DNA of 64,000 nt from an uncultured Desulfobacter sp. (lineage in GTDB: Bacteria > Desulfobacterota > Desulfobacteria > Desulfobacterales > Desulfobacteraceae). This document shows, piece by piece, positions 17,154 to 27,796 of the stretch (position 1 is its first letter; each line of letters begins with the position of its first letter). Both the position numbers and the translations under genes were made by a program. The stretch lies in the NCBI GenBank assembly GCA_963665095.1, contig OY762069.1:2976001-3040000 (forward strand). Direction: 5' to 3'. The notes beneath the pieces were generated by a model. The model was not told where the DNA came from. It saw nothing but the letters and a program-made list of their open reading frames with translations, and searched no databases.

Positions 17154-20100
17154 TCAAGGAGCAGATTGAGAACCCGGTTCTTTTCTCCCTGGACAGCTTT
17201 TTAACGCATGGTCAACCGCCCTGGACAGTTCGCCGGCAATCAACGGTTTCATGAGCAGATCAAACACGCCAGCGGACTGCCACATCTGTTTTGTCAGCCT
17301 GTGGCTGAATCCTGTACACAACAGAATGGGAACTCTGGGATTGATGGATTGAATCCGGCGGGCCAGATCCAGCCCGTTCATCTCAGGCATGGTCATATCA
17401 GTGAGGACCAGATCAAAATAGTCCGGGGCGTTTGCAATTCTTTCCAGGGCCTGCAGACAGTCAGTGGTGCCGGTCACGGAATATCCCAGGTAGGTTAATA
17501 TTCCCTGGTTGCTTTCCACAATGGCCTGTTCATCATCAATAATCAGAATGTTTCCCTTTCCCGGTATGAGATCTGTTTCCTGAGACGTTTCCATCTGACC
17601 GTCCGGCGCAAGCTCCGGTATCAGTATTTTAAAGGTGCTGCCGATGTTTTCCTCACTGTACACAGAAATGCTGCCGCCCATATCCTTCAGGATACCGTAA
17701 ACTGTTGACAAGCCCATTCCCGTTCCCTCTTCCCGTTTTTTTGTGGTAAAAAACGGTTCAAATATCCGGTCAATAATGGCGGGGGGAATGCCCTTGCCGG
17801 TGTCTGAAATGATCAAAGAGAAATAGTTCCCGGGTTGGATATGGTTGAAATGAACCGCGTCTGCCGGATCAATGAAAACCCTGTCCAGGGTCACATCCAG
17901 TTGTCCGCCCTTATCTCTCATGGCATGTCCCGCATTGGTAAAAAGGTTCATCAGGATCTGGTGGATCTGGGTGGCATCACCCAGAATTTTGGCCTGCTTT
18001 ATTTTTAAATCCTGCTGAATCTGGATATTTGAAGGCAGGGACGCCCGGATAAATTTCAGGGTTTCCTTGATGATGGGGTCCATGGATATGGGCTGCATTG
18101 TCACATCAGATTTCCGACTGAAGGTTAGTATATGGCGGACCAGATCCCTTGCCCTCAGGCTGGCCGATGATATTGAATTCAGATAGTTCAGAATGGTATC
18201 ATCGTCGCGGACTTTCATTCTGGCCAGGTCAGTAAACCCCATTAATGCAGAAAGAATGTTGTTGAAATCATGGGCAATGCCTCCTGCCAGCACCCCGATG
18301 GCTTCCATTTTCTGGGTCTGCATAAGCTGGGTCTGCAACTTTTGGCGGTCCGCCTCTATCTTTTTAATCTGTGTGATGTCCTGCACAACAGACAGGATCG
18401 ACAACTCCCCGGACAGATTAATGGGCCTGGCTGAGTAGAGTCCCATGCGGACCTGGCCGTCTTTGCGCTGGAAATGCACCTCCCGGTTCAAAAGGTCCTT
18501 TCCGGCCCTAAGTTCCCTGATGATATCCGCCCGGGAAGTGGGTTCCGCCCAGAAGCGGATACCGTCAGAGGTTTGCCCCACCACCTCGTCTCTTCGCCAG
18601 CCCGTGATCTCTTCAAAGCCTGAGTTCACATCAATCAGTTTGCCGTCTTCCATCCGGGAGATGGCCACAATGGACGGTGCCATTGCAAAGATTTTTGAAA
18701 ATTTTTCCTCTGACTGCCGCAATTGCGCCTCTGCCAGTTTCCGGCTGGTGGCGTCCCGGGCCACCCAGACCACCTGGTCCGGCGGCATGGGTGAGATGCT
18801 GGCTGTAAACCACAGGGACCGGCCGCCAATGTCCAGTTCATAATCCAGACGGACCGATTCATTTTGGGAAATAGCCTGACGGATGGCATCCATAAAGGCG
18901 GCGGTTCTTTCCGGCGGGAAGATATCTGCCAGGGTTTTCCCCAATATCTCATCCGGCGAACGATACAAGAGATCTGTCTGGGTCGGGACCACCTCCACCA
19001 GGCGTCCCTGGATATCAAAAATTAACACCACATCATTCATGGCCCAGAAAACCGACTGCAGTTTTTTACGTTCCAGATCAATGGCTTCCTCGGCAATTTT
19101 ACGCGCGGTGATGTCTCTGAAATCCCAGACCCGGCCGGTTTCCTCCCCGGCAATCACCATTGCAGCGGAGTAACACTCAAACACCCGTCCGTCCCTGAAC
19201 CGGATTTCAAACGTTTCATGGCGCCGGTTGGCATACAGGTCATCAATCAGGGCCATGAACCCGTCCGGATCCTGGAGCTGTTCTTTCACAAATCTGCGCA
19301 GGGCCACATCGTCATCTATTCCGGGAAAATCCTGGGGGATATGCCACATGTTAAAAAACTGACGGTTGGCCTGGGTGATCTTCAAGGCATTATCCACCAC
19401 CAGAATACCGTCGTTGGTGGCATCAAGGGTTGCCCGCAGCCGCTCCATGGTTTCCTGCAAAGCCGCCTCCTTTTCCCTTAACTCAGTGATTTCATAGAGG
19501 CTGACAATGATCATCCGGCTGGAGATGCTGGCATTAAAATGCACTCGCAGGACCTTGCCGTTTTTGCAGGTCACATAGTATTCATGGGCGTTCACCGTGG
19601 TGTTTTCATCAAGGGCGCGCCGGACATCTCTTTCCCAGGCGGTTTTCACCTGCCGCCGGTACTCAGGGTCTCTGTAGGCAAGGGGCCACCAATGATCCAG
19701 ATCCGGTATCTCCTCAAGGGTATAGCCAAAGGTCTGGACCATGGCCTGGTTAATAGCGGAGAACTTTCCTTCCATGGTAAGCAGTACGAGCGGAACAGGC
19801 GCGCTCATAAACAATGCCCGAAACCGTTCTTCACTGGCTTTTAAGGCTTTTTCCGCCTTTTTCCGGTCTGTGTTGTCCAGGACAATGGAAAGGATTTGCT
19901 TTCGCCCCGCACACTCCATCAGGGTGGACGAAAAAACCAGGTGACGGCGGCTGCCGTCTTTTCGAAGACTTTGAGCTTCGTAACTGCTAATTTTCCCTGT
20001 TTTCCCCAACTGTTCCATCAAACGATCGGATTCTTCCCTGTCCATGGTTGCCAACCCGGTGCTTGGCAACCGGTACAGTTCTTCAATACCTTTTATCCCG

Positions 20101-21650
20101 GAGTTGATGTAAAATGCCGGATTGGCATCCAGAATCCGGCCGGATTCAAAATCATTAATGACAATGGCGTAAGGGGCATTATCAAATATCGCCCGGAATT
20201 TGGCCTCGCTGTGCGCCATCTCTTCCTGGGCAGTTTTTATGGTCTGAATGTTGACATCAAGCCCGATAATACGGGACACGCTGCCCGTGTCGTTCCAGGC
20301 GACAGCCCGGCCCTTGGACAGAACCCAGACCCATGTTCCGTCCGCCTTTTTCAGCCTGAACTCGATTTCGTGAAATGCCTGGCCGTCACTGAGGGTGTAC
20401 GCTTCAAATTTTCTGCTGATCAAGGGAAAATCTTCAGGATGAATAAACTGTTTGATGCCGCCGTAGGACATTTTTTCACCATCCCGATCATAACCCAGCA
20501 TACCGAACCACTGCCGGCTGAAAAAAATCGCCCGCTCCGCCGGCATGGAATCCCATAAACCCGCCTGGGTCACCTCCATTGCCAGCTGCATGAATTCCAT
20601 CTGCTCTGCGATTTGCATACGGGCGGACTCCAGGCTGATTATTTTCTCCCTGAGCCGTCGTCTCAGCATGTAGCTGATGACCAGCAGACCTGAAATCAGC
20701 AACACCATGAATAAGCCGACCACCGCCATGCGATGCACCGTCTCATGCGACCACTTAGGGCTGATATCGGGAGAAATCCATTGGTTTCGGGCCGCTTCAA
20801 CTAATGGCACAGGAACGGCAGCCAATGCCTTTGTCATGGCACTGACCAGCAGCGGATACTGGCGGCTGACCCCGATACACCAGGAGAAGCGGTAGGGAGT
20901 ATCGCCGGCCACTTTTAAATTGGGAATACCCTCCTTCTGGATGTAATAGGCCGCCACGGCCAGATTTTCCACATAAGCGTCCACCTGACCGAAAGAGGTG
21001 GCACGCAGGGCCCGGGCCACATCCGGCATGGGTATCAGATCAAATTGTGTCTCTTTTACATTTCTGAGATACTCTTCCGTGGCATACCCTGACACAACAG
21101 CCACACGTAAGCCGTCAATATCCGATAAGGTCAGGGTGCCCTGCATGGCGGTGGCGGTAATAATGACAACGGGAGATGATGCATAGGGCGGCGTAAAGCC
21201 GGCATATTGTTGCCGTTCAGCCGTGTCCACAATGGTTGGTGCCACCGCACACACACCGCTTTTCAGGGCGGAAAGATGCTGGTTCCAGTCATTTGAGGCC
21301 TGTTTAATAAAAGTTGCGCCCAGCTGTTCTTCAATGAGCCCAATGATGTCTGCTCCCATGCCGATAAACGCGCCTGATTCCGAGGCAAATTCCATGGGCG
21401 GAAAGTCCGTGTTATACCAGAGAACCAGTTTGTCCGGATTCTGTTTGATCCAGTTTTTTTCCTCATCAGTCAGGAGGAGAGCGATGCTGGTTCCCGGTAG
21501 AAACAGAATAAGAGATATCATTGTCAGAACAAAGCATAACAGGATAGATATCAGCTGATGAGGCATTCTGACCCGGTCAGTTCCCATCCGGGAAATGCCT
21601 GCTGCAGCGGCCTGCTGGCTGTGCTTCCCCATACCAGTTCGACTTTGCAT
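17154..21650 (-). CDS. Hybrid sensor histidine kinase (SBP family-3 domain, multiple PAS, HisKA, HATPase, REC)
   Basis: FPPMEF SBP motif, TM segment, PAS/PAC repeats, AGGIAHDFNNIL, FEPFFTTK..GTGMGL, and REC (LTDMTMPEMNG). Start codon uncertain. Confidence 0.9.
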   Translation of the reverse strand: MQSRTGMGKHSQQAAAAGISRMGTDRVRMPHQLISILLCFVLTMISLILFLPGTSIALLLTDEEKNWIKQNPDKLVLWYNTDFPPMEFASESGAFIGMGADIIGLIEEQLGATFIKQASNDWNQHLSALKSGVCAVAPTIVDTAERQQYAGFTPPYASSPVVIITATAMQGTLTLSDIDGLRVAVVSGYATEEYLRNVKETQFDLIPMPDVARALRATSFGQVDAYVENLAVAAYYIQKEGIPNLKVAGDTPYRFSWCIGVSRQYPLLVSAMTKALAAVPVPLVEAARNQWISPDISPKWSHETVHRMAVVGLFMVLLISGLLVISYMLRRRLREKIISLESARMQIAEQMEFMQLAMEVTQAGLWDSMPAERAIFFSRQWFGMLGYDRDGEKMSYGGIKQFIHPEDFPLISRKFEAYTLSDGQAFHEIEFRLKKADGTWVWVLSKGRAVAWNDTGSVSRIIGLDVNIQTIKTAQEEMAHSEAKFRAIFDNAPYAIVINDFESGRILDANPAFYINSGIKGIEELYRLPSTGLATMDREESDRLMEQLGKTGKISSYEAQSLRKDGSRRHLVFSSTLMECAGRKQILSIVLDNTDRKKAEKALKASEERFRALFMSAPVPLVLLTMEGKFSAINQAMVQTFGYTLEEIPDLDHWWPLAYRDPEYRRQVKTAWERDVRRALDENTTVNAHEYYVTCKNGKVLRVHFNASISSRMIIVSLYEITELREKEAALQETMERLRATLDATNDGILVVDNALKITQANRQFFNMWHIPQDFPGIDDDVALRRFVKEQLQDPDGFMALIDDLYANRRHETFEIRFRDGRVFECYSAAMVIAGEETGRVWDFRDITARKIAEEAIDLERKKLQSVFWAMNDVVLIFDIQGRLVEVVPTQTDLLYRSPDEILGKTLADIFPPERTAAFMDAIRQAISQNESVRLDYELDIGGRSLWFTASISPMPPDQVVWVARDATSRKLAEAQLRQSEEKFSKIFAMAPSIVAISRMEDGKLIDVNSGFEEITGWRRDEVVGQTSDGIRFWAEPTSRADIIRELRAGKDLLNREVHFQRKDGQVRMGLYSARPINLSGELSILSVVQDITQIKKIEADRQKLQTQLMQTQKMEAIGVLAGGIAHDFNNILSALMGFTDLARMKVRDDDTILNYLNSISSASLRARDLVRHILTFSRKSDVTMQPISMDPIIKETLKFIRASLPSNIQIQQDLKIKQAKILGDATQIHQILMNLFTNAGHAMRDKGGQLDVTLDRVFIDPADAVHFNHIQPGNYFSLIISDTGKGIPPAIIDRIFEPFFTTKKREEGTGMGLSTVYGILKDMGGSISVYSEENIGSTFKILIPELAPDGQMETSQETDLIPGKGNILIIDDEQAIVESNQGILTYLGYSVTGTTDCLQALERIANAPDYFDLVLTDMTMPEMNGLDLARRIQSINPRVPILLCTGFSHRLTKQMWQSAGVFDLLMKPLIAGELSRAVDHALKSCPGRKEPGSQSAP

Positions 21651-21772
21651 CGCTCTCCTCCCTGCATTTTTTATAGATTTTTAAACTATATCAGAGGCAA
21701 AACAATATATCGCAAAATATTTCTACCGCACGACAGTATGGAGGGTAACCGTTCTTGGGCCGGCTGCCACCT

Positions 21773-21799
21773 CTAACACGTTGCTAACACTTTAATGAC
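21773..21799 (+). promoter_or_regulatory. 11-bp-period direct repeats (OmpR/PhoB-type box)
   Basis: CTAAC at 21773, CTAAC at 21784 and ATGAC at 21795, upstream of the DUF2057 gene. Confidence 0.45.
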
Positions 21800-21877
21800 C
21801 TGTCAAAAACAATTTTCTGATCTACTATAAATTTTAACTAATGTAAGCACAACTTTTATGACAGGAGATCCAAAACA

Positions 21878-22612
21878 ATGAAAACCATAAACAACAGACA
21901 GCAGATTTTAAAACCGTGGGCACTGGCACTGGCCGTTTTGTCGGGACTCTTTTACGCCGGCAGTTATTCCTGGGCCGCTGTAACACTTAAGCTGCCTAAA
22001 AATATTTACATTCTGGCGGCAAATGGCAAAAATTTGAAGAGCCACAATACCGCTGATTTGCCGAACGGCATCAATCAGATTGTGATTCAGTATCAAGGGG
22101 AACCCGGTGCAAAACTGTCCAGTGACGGGGATGTTGAATACTCAGACACCTTTGTGGTTAAATTCACCGCAGAAAACCAGGAATTGGAAATGATCATTCC
22201 CTGGATCAGAACCGTCGGTAACCTTGAAGAATGGAATAAAACTCCTTATATCGAGATTGAAACCTCTGCCGGAGATGACATTGACATTCAGGTATCAAGA
22301 CTGCAGAAAACCGGACTTCAGGTGTTTCGAAACTATGCCCAGGAGTTAGCGGCCTTTAACCACACCAGTGCACCTGCCTCCCTGGACCACTCTTCTTCCG
22401 GTGCATTTTCCATGAATGCCGATGTTTCCGGGAACCAGCCGGCACCTCTGGCCGAAACAAAGCCGGTCCCGCCGACAGCGGCAGGGGCACACAAGACCGC
22501 CCAACAACCGGCACCCCAGAGCAACATGGTTGAAGACATGTTAAAATACTGGTACCAGCAGGCCGACGAACAAACCCGTCAAAAATTTAAAACCTGGATT
22601 CACTGTCAATAG
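21878..22612 (+). CDS. DUF2057 (YccT/UPF0319) family exported protein
   Basis: Signal peptide; TLKLPKNIYILAANG, LPNGINQIV and C-terminal EDMLKYWYQQADEQTRQKFKTW. Confidence 0.78.
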   Translation: MKTINNRQQILKPWALALAVLSGLFYAGSYSWAAVTLKLPKNIYILAANGKNLKSHNTADLPNGINQIVIQYQGEPGAKLSSDGDVEYSDTFVVKFTAENQELEMIIPWIRTVGNLEEWNKTPYIEIETSAGDDIDIQVSRLQKTGLQVFRNYAQELAAFNHTSAPASLDHSSSGAFSMNADVSGNQPAPLAETKPVPPTAAGAHKTAQQPAPQSNMVEDMLKYWYQQADEQTRQKFKTWIHCQ

Positions 22613-22629
22613 AAACAGGCCGGAACGAT

Positions 22630-22659
22630 AAAAAAAGGGGCGCCCCAAAGGACGCCCCT
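22630..22659 (-). terminator. Intrinsic terminator of the porin gene (between convergent genes)
   Basis: The minus strand reads AGGGGCGTCC-TTTG-GGGCGCCCCT followed by a T run. Confidence 0.75.
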
Positions 22660-22685
22660 CACAATACTGTCGGACAGGCTGATAA

Positions 22686-23651
22686 TTAGAATTTCAAGCG
22701 CATACCTGCCAGGTAACCGATATCTTCACCTTCTCCATCGGAGTCACCGATCTCGGCAAAAAGGCTTACCTTCTTGGCAGTCGGGAACTTATAAGTCACA
22801 TTGGCATACCAGCCGGCTTCATCTTCATGGGCATCTTCTTTATAATCCAGATTCACGTACCCGGCAACGATCTCCACTGCATCCAGCGGTACGGTCACGC
22901 AGATGTTCCAGATGCTGGCTTCATCATCTTTATTGTCAGCATCATACACACTGTAATCAGCGCCAACTGCAACCACCTTGGCATCATAAGACACCTGGAC
23001 ACCGTAAGCACTCTCATCAATGTCTGAGCCGGCTGCTTCAAAATTCTGATACCCAATACCAAAAGACAGACCTTTAATATCAGCAGTCACCAGAATGTCA
23101 TAGAAGGTGCCGTTGCCGTCACTTTTTTCGCTCTCTGCTTCGATTTCGTAGGCAGCAGCGATATTAACGAACTCACCTATTTTGGCGGAAATTGCTACTA
23201 GGTCATCGCCGTCAACATTGGCGAACTCATCAAAACAGTCATCTGCGATGACGGTTTCATAGGTACCGGCCACACCAAAGTCATCGTTGGGGCTGCTGGT
23301 TTTACCCATATACACCTTAACACTGGAAATTTTCATGCCCAGATAGGCTTCTTCCAGATGGGGATTGGCATCACTGTCAGGTTTGTCTGCAGCATTTTTA
23401 AATCCAAAATCCAAGTGACCAAACGCGGTCAATGTGTCATTAATCTTGTATTCCGCATAGTTCTTGATTTCCAGGTCGTCATACTCAAGATCCAGGTCCT
23501 CATCTTCGCCAATCTCTTTGCGGAACTGAATCTGCCAATCACCGCTGATTTTGTACGTAAAATTGTCTTTTTTTACTACACTTGCCCCCATGGCAGGGCC
23601 ACCCACTGCCAGAAACATCGGAATCAGCAGGCCAACTAAAAGTTTTTTCAT
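22686..23651 (-). CDS. Outer-membrane porin
   Basis: Signal peptide, alternating beta-strand pattern, acidic loops, C-terminal YLAGMRLKF; GGAGG RBS. Confidence 0.8.
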   Translation of the reverse strand: MKKLLVGLLIPMFLAVGGPAMGASVVKKDNFTYKISGDWQIQFRKEIGEDEDLDLEYDDLEIKNYAEYKINDTLTAFGHLDFGFKNAADKPDSDANPHLEEAYLGMKISSVKVYMGKTSSPNDDFGVAGTYETVIADDCFDEFANVDGDDLVAISAKIGEFVNIAAAYEIEAESEKSDGNGTFYDILVTADIKGLSFGIGYQNFEAAGSDIDESAYGVQVSYDAKVVAVGADYSVYDADNKDDEASIWNICVTVPLDAVEIVAGYVNLDYKEDAHEDEAGWYANVTYKFPTAKKVSLFAEIGDSDGEGEDIGYLAGMRLKF

Positions 23652-24035
23652 CTTTCCTCCAAATCGTGATCCATTCAGCGCACCTTTTTATCTTCATAGT
23701 CAGACAAATTTTTTGTGCACCATCAATTAAAATAGACCTGCCACACCGGCAGGGTTAAAAATTGTGTACCTAACTGGCACAGCTTCTTTTAATCAGATTG
23801 ATATTTGAATAGCGTTAGCTAATTTTGGGGATTTAATTAGACCTTGATTAGGAAATTAATGACATGCAGGAAACCTTTTCAGACAAGCCTTTTTACGCGT
23901 GAGGCAAGGCCGTTTCAAAACCAGCCATGCAGCCAAACAAAACTACCGCATAACGCTCACAAAACAGTAACAACGCCATGATATCAGATGGCACTTCAGG
24001 CGTTATTTAAATCAACTAATGAACAGAGGTAAGTT

Positions 24036-25604
24036 ATGCAAAAAAAAACTGGTTTATTTACAAAAGTACTTGCACCTGCCCTGCTGATTCTGGGCGCAGT
24101 GTTACCGATCGAAGCATCACAGGGCCTGTCTCTGCAGCAGACCGGCTGGTTTGACAGCGGCAGCCGCGGAGAGGAAGGGGTTCTTGAAATCGGGGAGTAT
24201 GACCCTGCCGGCAAACAGCTTTTTGTCACAAGCGGGGACGGGCACTTGTGGGTTCTTGATATTTCCAATCCTGTTAAAACAAAGCTTGCAAAAAAAATCC
24301 CGTTGAATACATGGGGAAAAGGTGCCACCAGTGTGTCAATCAGCAATGGCATTGTGGCGGTTGCAGTGGAAGCGGACAACAAACAGGCCCCGGGCAGTAT
24401 TGTTTTCTTCGACAACCAGGGCAATGATATTGCAGCACTTAAGGTGGGTGCGCTTCCGGATATGGTCATTTTCAGTCATGACGGCAAAACCGTCATGGCC
24501 GCCTGTGAGGGAGAGCCTTCAGATGATTATACGGTTGACCCGGAAGGTCAGGTGGCCATTATTGATCTGTCAAAAGGGGTCAGGTCCGTTACCCAGAACG
24601 ATGTGACCATGCTTGATTTCAAAAAGTTCAACAAAAACATGCCCCAAAATGTAAAAATCTCTCCTAAAGCAGCGTCTGCATCACAGGATATAGAACCGGA
24701 ATATATCGCCATTACACCGGATGACAAAACAGCTTTTATCAGCCTTCAGGAAAACAACGCCTTTGCCATTGTTGACCTGGCCAAAAAAGAGATAAAAACT
24801 ATTGTTCCCTTGGGGTTCAAGGATCACAGCCAGCCAGGGAACGCCCTGGATGCATCCAACAAAGATAAAAAGATCAACATCAGAAACTGGCCGGTTTTCG
24901 GCATGTATATGCCCGATGCGATTAAAGCGGCCACCATTGGCGGTCACAATTACATTATCAGTGCCAATGAAGGCGACTCCCGGGACTATGACGGATACAG
25001 CGAAGAGTCCCGTGTAAAGAAACTAAAACTTTCTCCCCAGTCTTTTCCCAATGCCGATGACCTGCAAAAAGAGGAAAACCTCGGGCGTCTGAAAATTACC
25101 AAAGAGCTGGGGGATGCCGACGGTGACGGCCAGTATGAAAAGCTGTTCTGCTATGGTGCCCGCTCTTTCAGCATCTGGGACGACACGGGAAAACTTGTGT
25201 ATGACAGCGGTGATGACTTTGAAAAAATCACAGCGGCCAAGTACCCGCTCTTTTTCAACACCACTGAAGATGAGACAAAATTTGACGACAGGAGTGATGA
25301 CAAAGGCCCTGAACCAGAGGGTGTGGCCATAGGCAAAATTGATTCAAAGACCTATGCGTTTATCTGCCTTGAGCGTATGGGCGGGGTAATGGTGTATGAT
25401 ATTTCCAACCCTGAAAAACCGCAGTTTGTCACATATGAAAATAACCGCAACTTCTTTGGCGACTATAAAAACGGCACTGCCCTTGATTTCAGCCCCGAGG
25501 GAATCGTTTTTATCCAGGCAGATGAAAGCCCCACCGGCAAGCCCATGCTCGCCCTTATCCATGAGATGAGCGGCACGGTCTCACTGTACAATATTATTCA
25601 CTGA
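24036..25604 (+). CDS. Choice-of-anchor I family beta-propeller protein (alkaline-phosphatase-associated)
   Basis: Signal peptide; VGALPDM, EGEPSDDY..DPEG, EPEYI, SLQENNA, MPDAI, ANEGDSRDY, GARSFSIW and DDRSDDKGPEPEG motifs. Confidence 0.82.
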   Translation: MQKKTGLFTKVLAPALLILGAVLPIEASQGLSLQQTGWFDSGSRGEEGVLEIGEYDPAGKQLFVTSGDGHLWVLDISNPVKTKLAKKIPLNTWGKGATSVSISNGIVAVAVEADNKQAPGSIVFFDNQGNDIAALKVGALPDMVIFSHDGKTVMAACEGEPSDDYTVDPEGQVAIIDLSKGVRSVTQNDVTMLDFKKFNKNMPQNVKISPKAASASQDIEPEYIAITPDDKTAFISLQENNAFAIVDLAKKEIKTIVPLGFKDHSQPGNALDASNKDKKINIRNWPVFGMYMPDAIKAATIGGHNYIISANEGDSRDYDGYSEESRVKKLKLSPQSFPNADDLQKEENLGRLKITKELGDADGDGQYEKLFCYGARSFSIWDDTGKLVYDSGDDFEKITAAKYPLFFNTTEDETKFDDRSDDKGPEPEGVAIGKIDSKTYAFICLERMGGVMVYDISNPEKPQFVTYENNRNFFGDYKNGTALDFSPEGIVFIQADESPTGKPMLALIHEMSGTVSLYNIIH

Positions 25605-25625
25605 TAATTATTATTCACTGATAAT
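25592..25625. repeat. Perfect 17-bp tandem duplication over the stop codon
   Basis: TATTATTCACTGATAAT occurs twice in tandem. Confidence 0.9.
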
Positions 25626-25647
25626 TAAAATATCGCCGAAATCCTGT

Positions 25648-25680
25648 AAAAGGCTGTCCAGATAATCCGGGCAGCCTTTT
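25648..25680. terminator. Intrinsic terminator
   Basis: AAAAGGCTGTCC-N9-GGGCAGCCTTTT. Confidence 0.7.
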
Positions 25681-25837
25681 CGGTTTTCCGGCGGGCGGAA
25701 AACAGCTGTCCCAATCCGTTTGCAATGTTGCCAAAAGCCGCTGGAAGACGTACATTTGAGTGGTGTTGTATTTTCTCTTTTTTCAGCCTTTCACTGTGTT
25801 ATATTGGATTAATATCTGTTTTAACAAGGAGAGTTCA

Positions 25838-26626
25838 ATGGAAAAAAGCCATACCAATCCCTATGCGGCCCTGGATCAACCCCTGGTGTTACAGTTTCTG
25901 TTTCATCCCCGGCGGGATTATCCCGGAAATACGGTCTCAGGCCGGGAACACCTCATTCCGGTGGATCAGGATATTGATGTGGGAGCGGCCTTTCACCTTG
26001 CAGATCCGTCATATCCCAACATTCTTTTCTTCCACGGCAATGGGGAAATCGTATCTGATTATGATGACCTAGGTCCCATTTTCAACCGCATAGGATTCAA
26101 CTTTATTGTGGCAGACTTTCGGGGATACGGCAGGTCCTCAGGCTCGCCTTCGGTCTCTTCAATGCTGACGGACTGCCATACCATTCTCGATTATGTGGTC
26201 AGCGAGCTTGAAAACCGCAAATTTACAGGCAGCCTGGCAGTTATGGGCCGTTCCCTCGGCAGTGCGTCGGCCATGGAACTGGCAGCCAGCCGCCAGGATA
26301 AAATTGACCGCCTTGTCATTGAGAGCGGTTTTGCCCATGCCGCCCCATTGTTACACACCCTTGGGCTGGATCCTGAGATGATTGGTTTTAATGAATCCCA
26401 GGGGTTTGGCAATGCCGATAAAATCAAAAAATGGCACAAGCCTCTCCTGGTTATCCATGCCCAGTTTGACCATATTATTGACTATTCCCAGGGTGAAACG
26501 CTCTTTGAACTGTGCCCCTGTGACGACAAACACCTTGAAATGATCCCTGATGCCAATCACAACGACCTTTTTATCAAGGGCTTTGATCGGTACATGAACA
26601 GCCTGAAAAATTTTCTTGCGCGCTGA
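25838..26626 (+). CDS. Alpha/beta hydrolase
   Basis: FFHGNGE, DFRGYGRS, GRSLG nucleophile elbow, and HND; ATG 25838 after AAGGAG. Confidence 0.88.
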   Translation: MEKSHTNPYAALDQPLVLQFLFHPRRDYPGNTVSGREHLIPVDQDIDVGAAFHLADPSYPNILFFHGNGEIVSDYDDLGPIFNRIGFNFIVADFRGYGRSSGSPSVSSMLTDCHTILDYVVSELENRKFTGSLAVMGRSLGSASAMELAASRQDKIDRLVIESGFAHAAPLLHTLGLDPEMIGFNESQGFGNADKIKKWHKPLLVIHAQFDHIIDYSQGETLFELCPCDDKHLEMIPDANHNDLFIKGFDRYMNSLKNFLAR

Positions 26627-26674
26627 GATTGACAGGGAAAGCTCTTTTGCCCTGCTCACAGTTTGAGAGACACC

Positions 26675-27796
26675 ATGCCCCGATTTTTTAACCGATTTTA
26701 TATTAAATTCATACGCCCCACAGATCCCGGGCTGTTCATTACAAAATACGCGGCCAAAGCCACGGTATGCTGCCTGGCCTCCCTGATGACAGCACTCATC
26801 ATAGGCCTGCGCAGCCATGATCTTCTATGGTGGCTGATCGGCGCGTTCTGCACTGTGATGTTCCGCACCGGCAGTACCTTCAGGCGGCGGAAAATGTACG
26901 GGTTGATCCTGCTGGGTACGGTCTGCCTTACTGTTCCCCTGGCTGCAGTTATTGGCAGCCATACCTGGGCCGGCTTAGGGTTTATTTTTTTCCTATCCTT
27001 TGCCTGCTTCTTTGTTTCGGCCCTGGGCGTCTCCGCCTCCATCATCGGTGTGGGATGCCTTGTGGTTACCATGATTTCCGTGTTTGCACCGGCAGATCCG
27101 ATTTCAGGGTTCATTCGGTCAGCCTGTTTGATGGGCGGAGGGCTTGTCTCCTTTTTTATCAACTTTTACCTGTGGCCCTTTGACCCGGAAAAGGTGCTTT
27201 TATCCGCGGCCAGGCTGTCGGTTGAAGATATGGGGATATTTTTTGACGGCCTTTGTGCCCGGATCAAAAATCCCAGGGTCACGGATGCAGCCCTGGCGTA
27301 CCTGAGCTCTGAAGCCGGCGCCTCTGTACGCCGGTACCGGATTTTCATGGAAAGCTTCAACGTGGATCCGTTAAAGGGCAGCCAGGCCAAAGGAGGCCCG
27401 GGGCTTTACTACTTCTCCCTGATCCGGCTGTTTGAATCCCTGGTGGGACTGTTTCACCACATCCACTTCTGCGATGACAAGCCGGAATTTAATGAACTCA
27501 AAGAGACCTTCTATGCCGCGTCATCCGGGATTGGCCAGGCGTTTGACAGCTTTACCGAAATGAAAGCCAACGTCTATGAGAAACCCGATTTTGAGCCCAT
27601 CCTTGCAGGCGTTGAAGAGATCCAGACCGTTCTTGTGGAGATGAAAGGCTACCAGCAGGGGGATGATGTGCAGAATAAATTTCTGGAGGCCTGGGGCGCG
27701 CTCTATGAACTGAAAAACGTGGTGCGCGAGCTTCAGAACATGATGAACCTGGCAGACCAGCGTTTCAGACTTAAGGGGGCCGTTAATGGAGAATAA
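26675..27796 (+). CDS. FUSC/YccS-like membrane protein, N-terminal-type half
   Basis: About five TM helices ending in YLWP followed by a helical cytoplasmic domain; overlaps the next gene. Confidence 0.65.
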   Translation: MPRFFNRFYIKFIRPTDPGLFITKYAAKATVCCLASLMTALIIGLRSHDLLWWLIGAFCTVMFRTGSTFRRRKMYGLILLGTVCLTVPLAAVIGSHTWAGLGFIFFLSFACFFVSALGVSASIIGVGCLVVTMISVFAPADPISGFIRSACLMGGGLVSFFINFYLWPFDPEKVLLSAARLSVEDMGIFFDGLCARIKNPRVTDAALAYLSSEAGASVRRYRIFMESFNVDPLKGSQAKGGPGLYYFSLIRLFESLVGLFHHIHFCDDKPEFNELKETFYAASSGIGQAFDSFTEMKANVYEKPDFEPILAGVEEIQTVLVEMKGYQQGDDVQNKFLEAWGALYELKNVVRELQNMMNLADQRFRLKGAVNGE

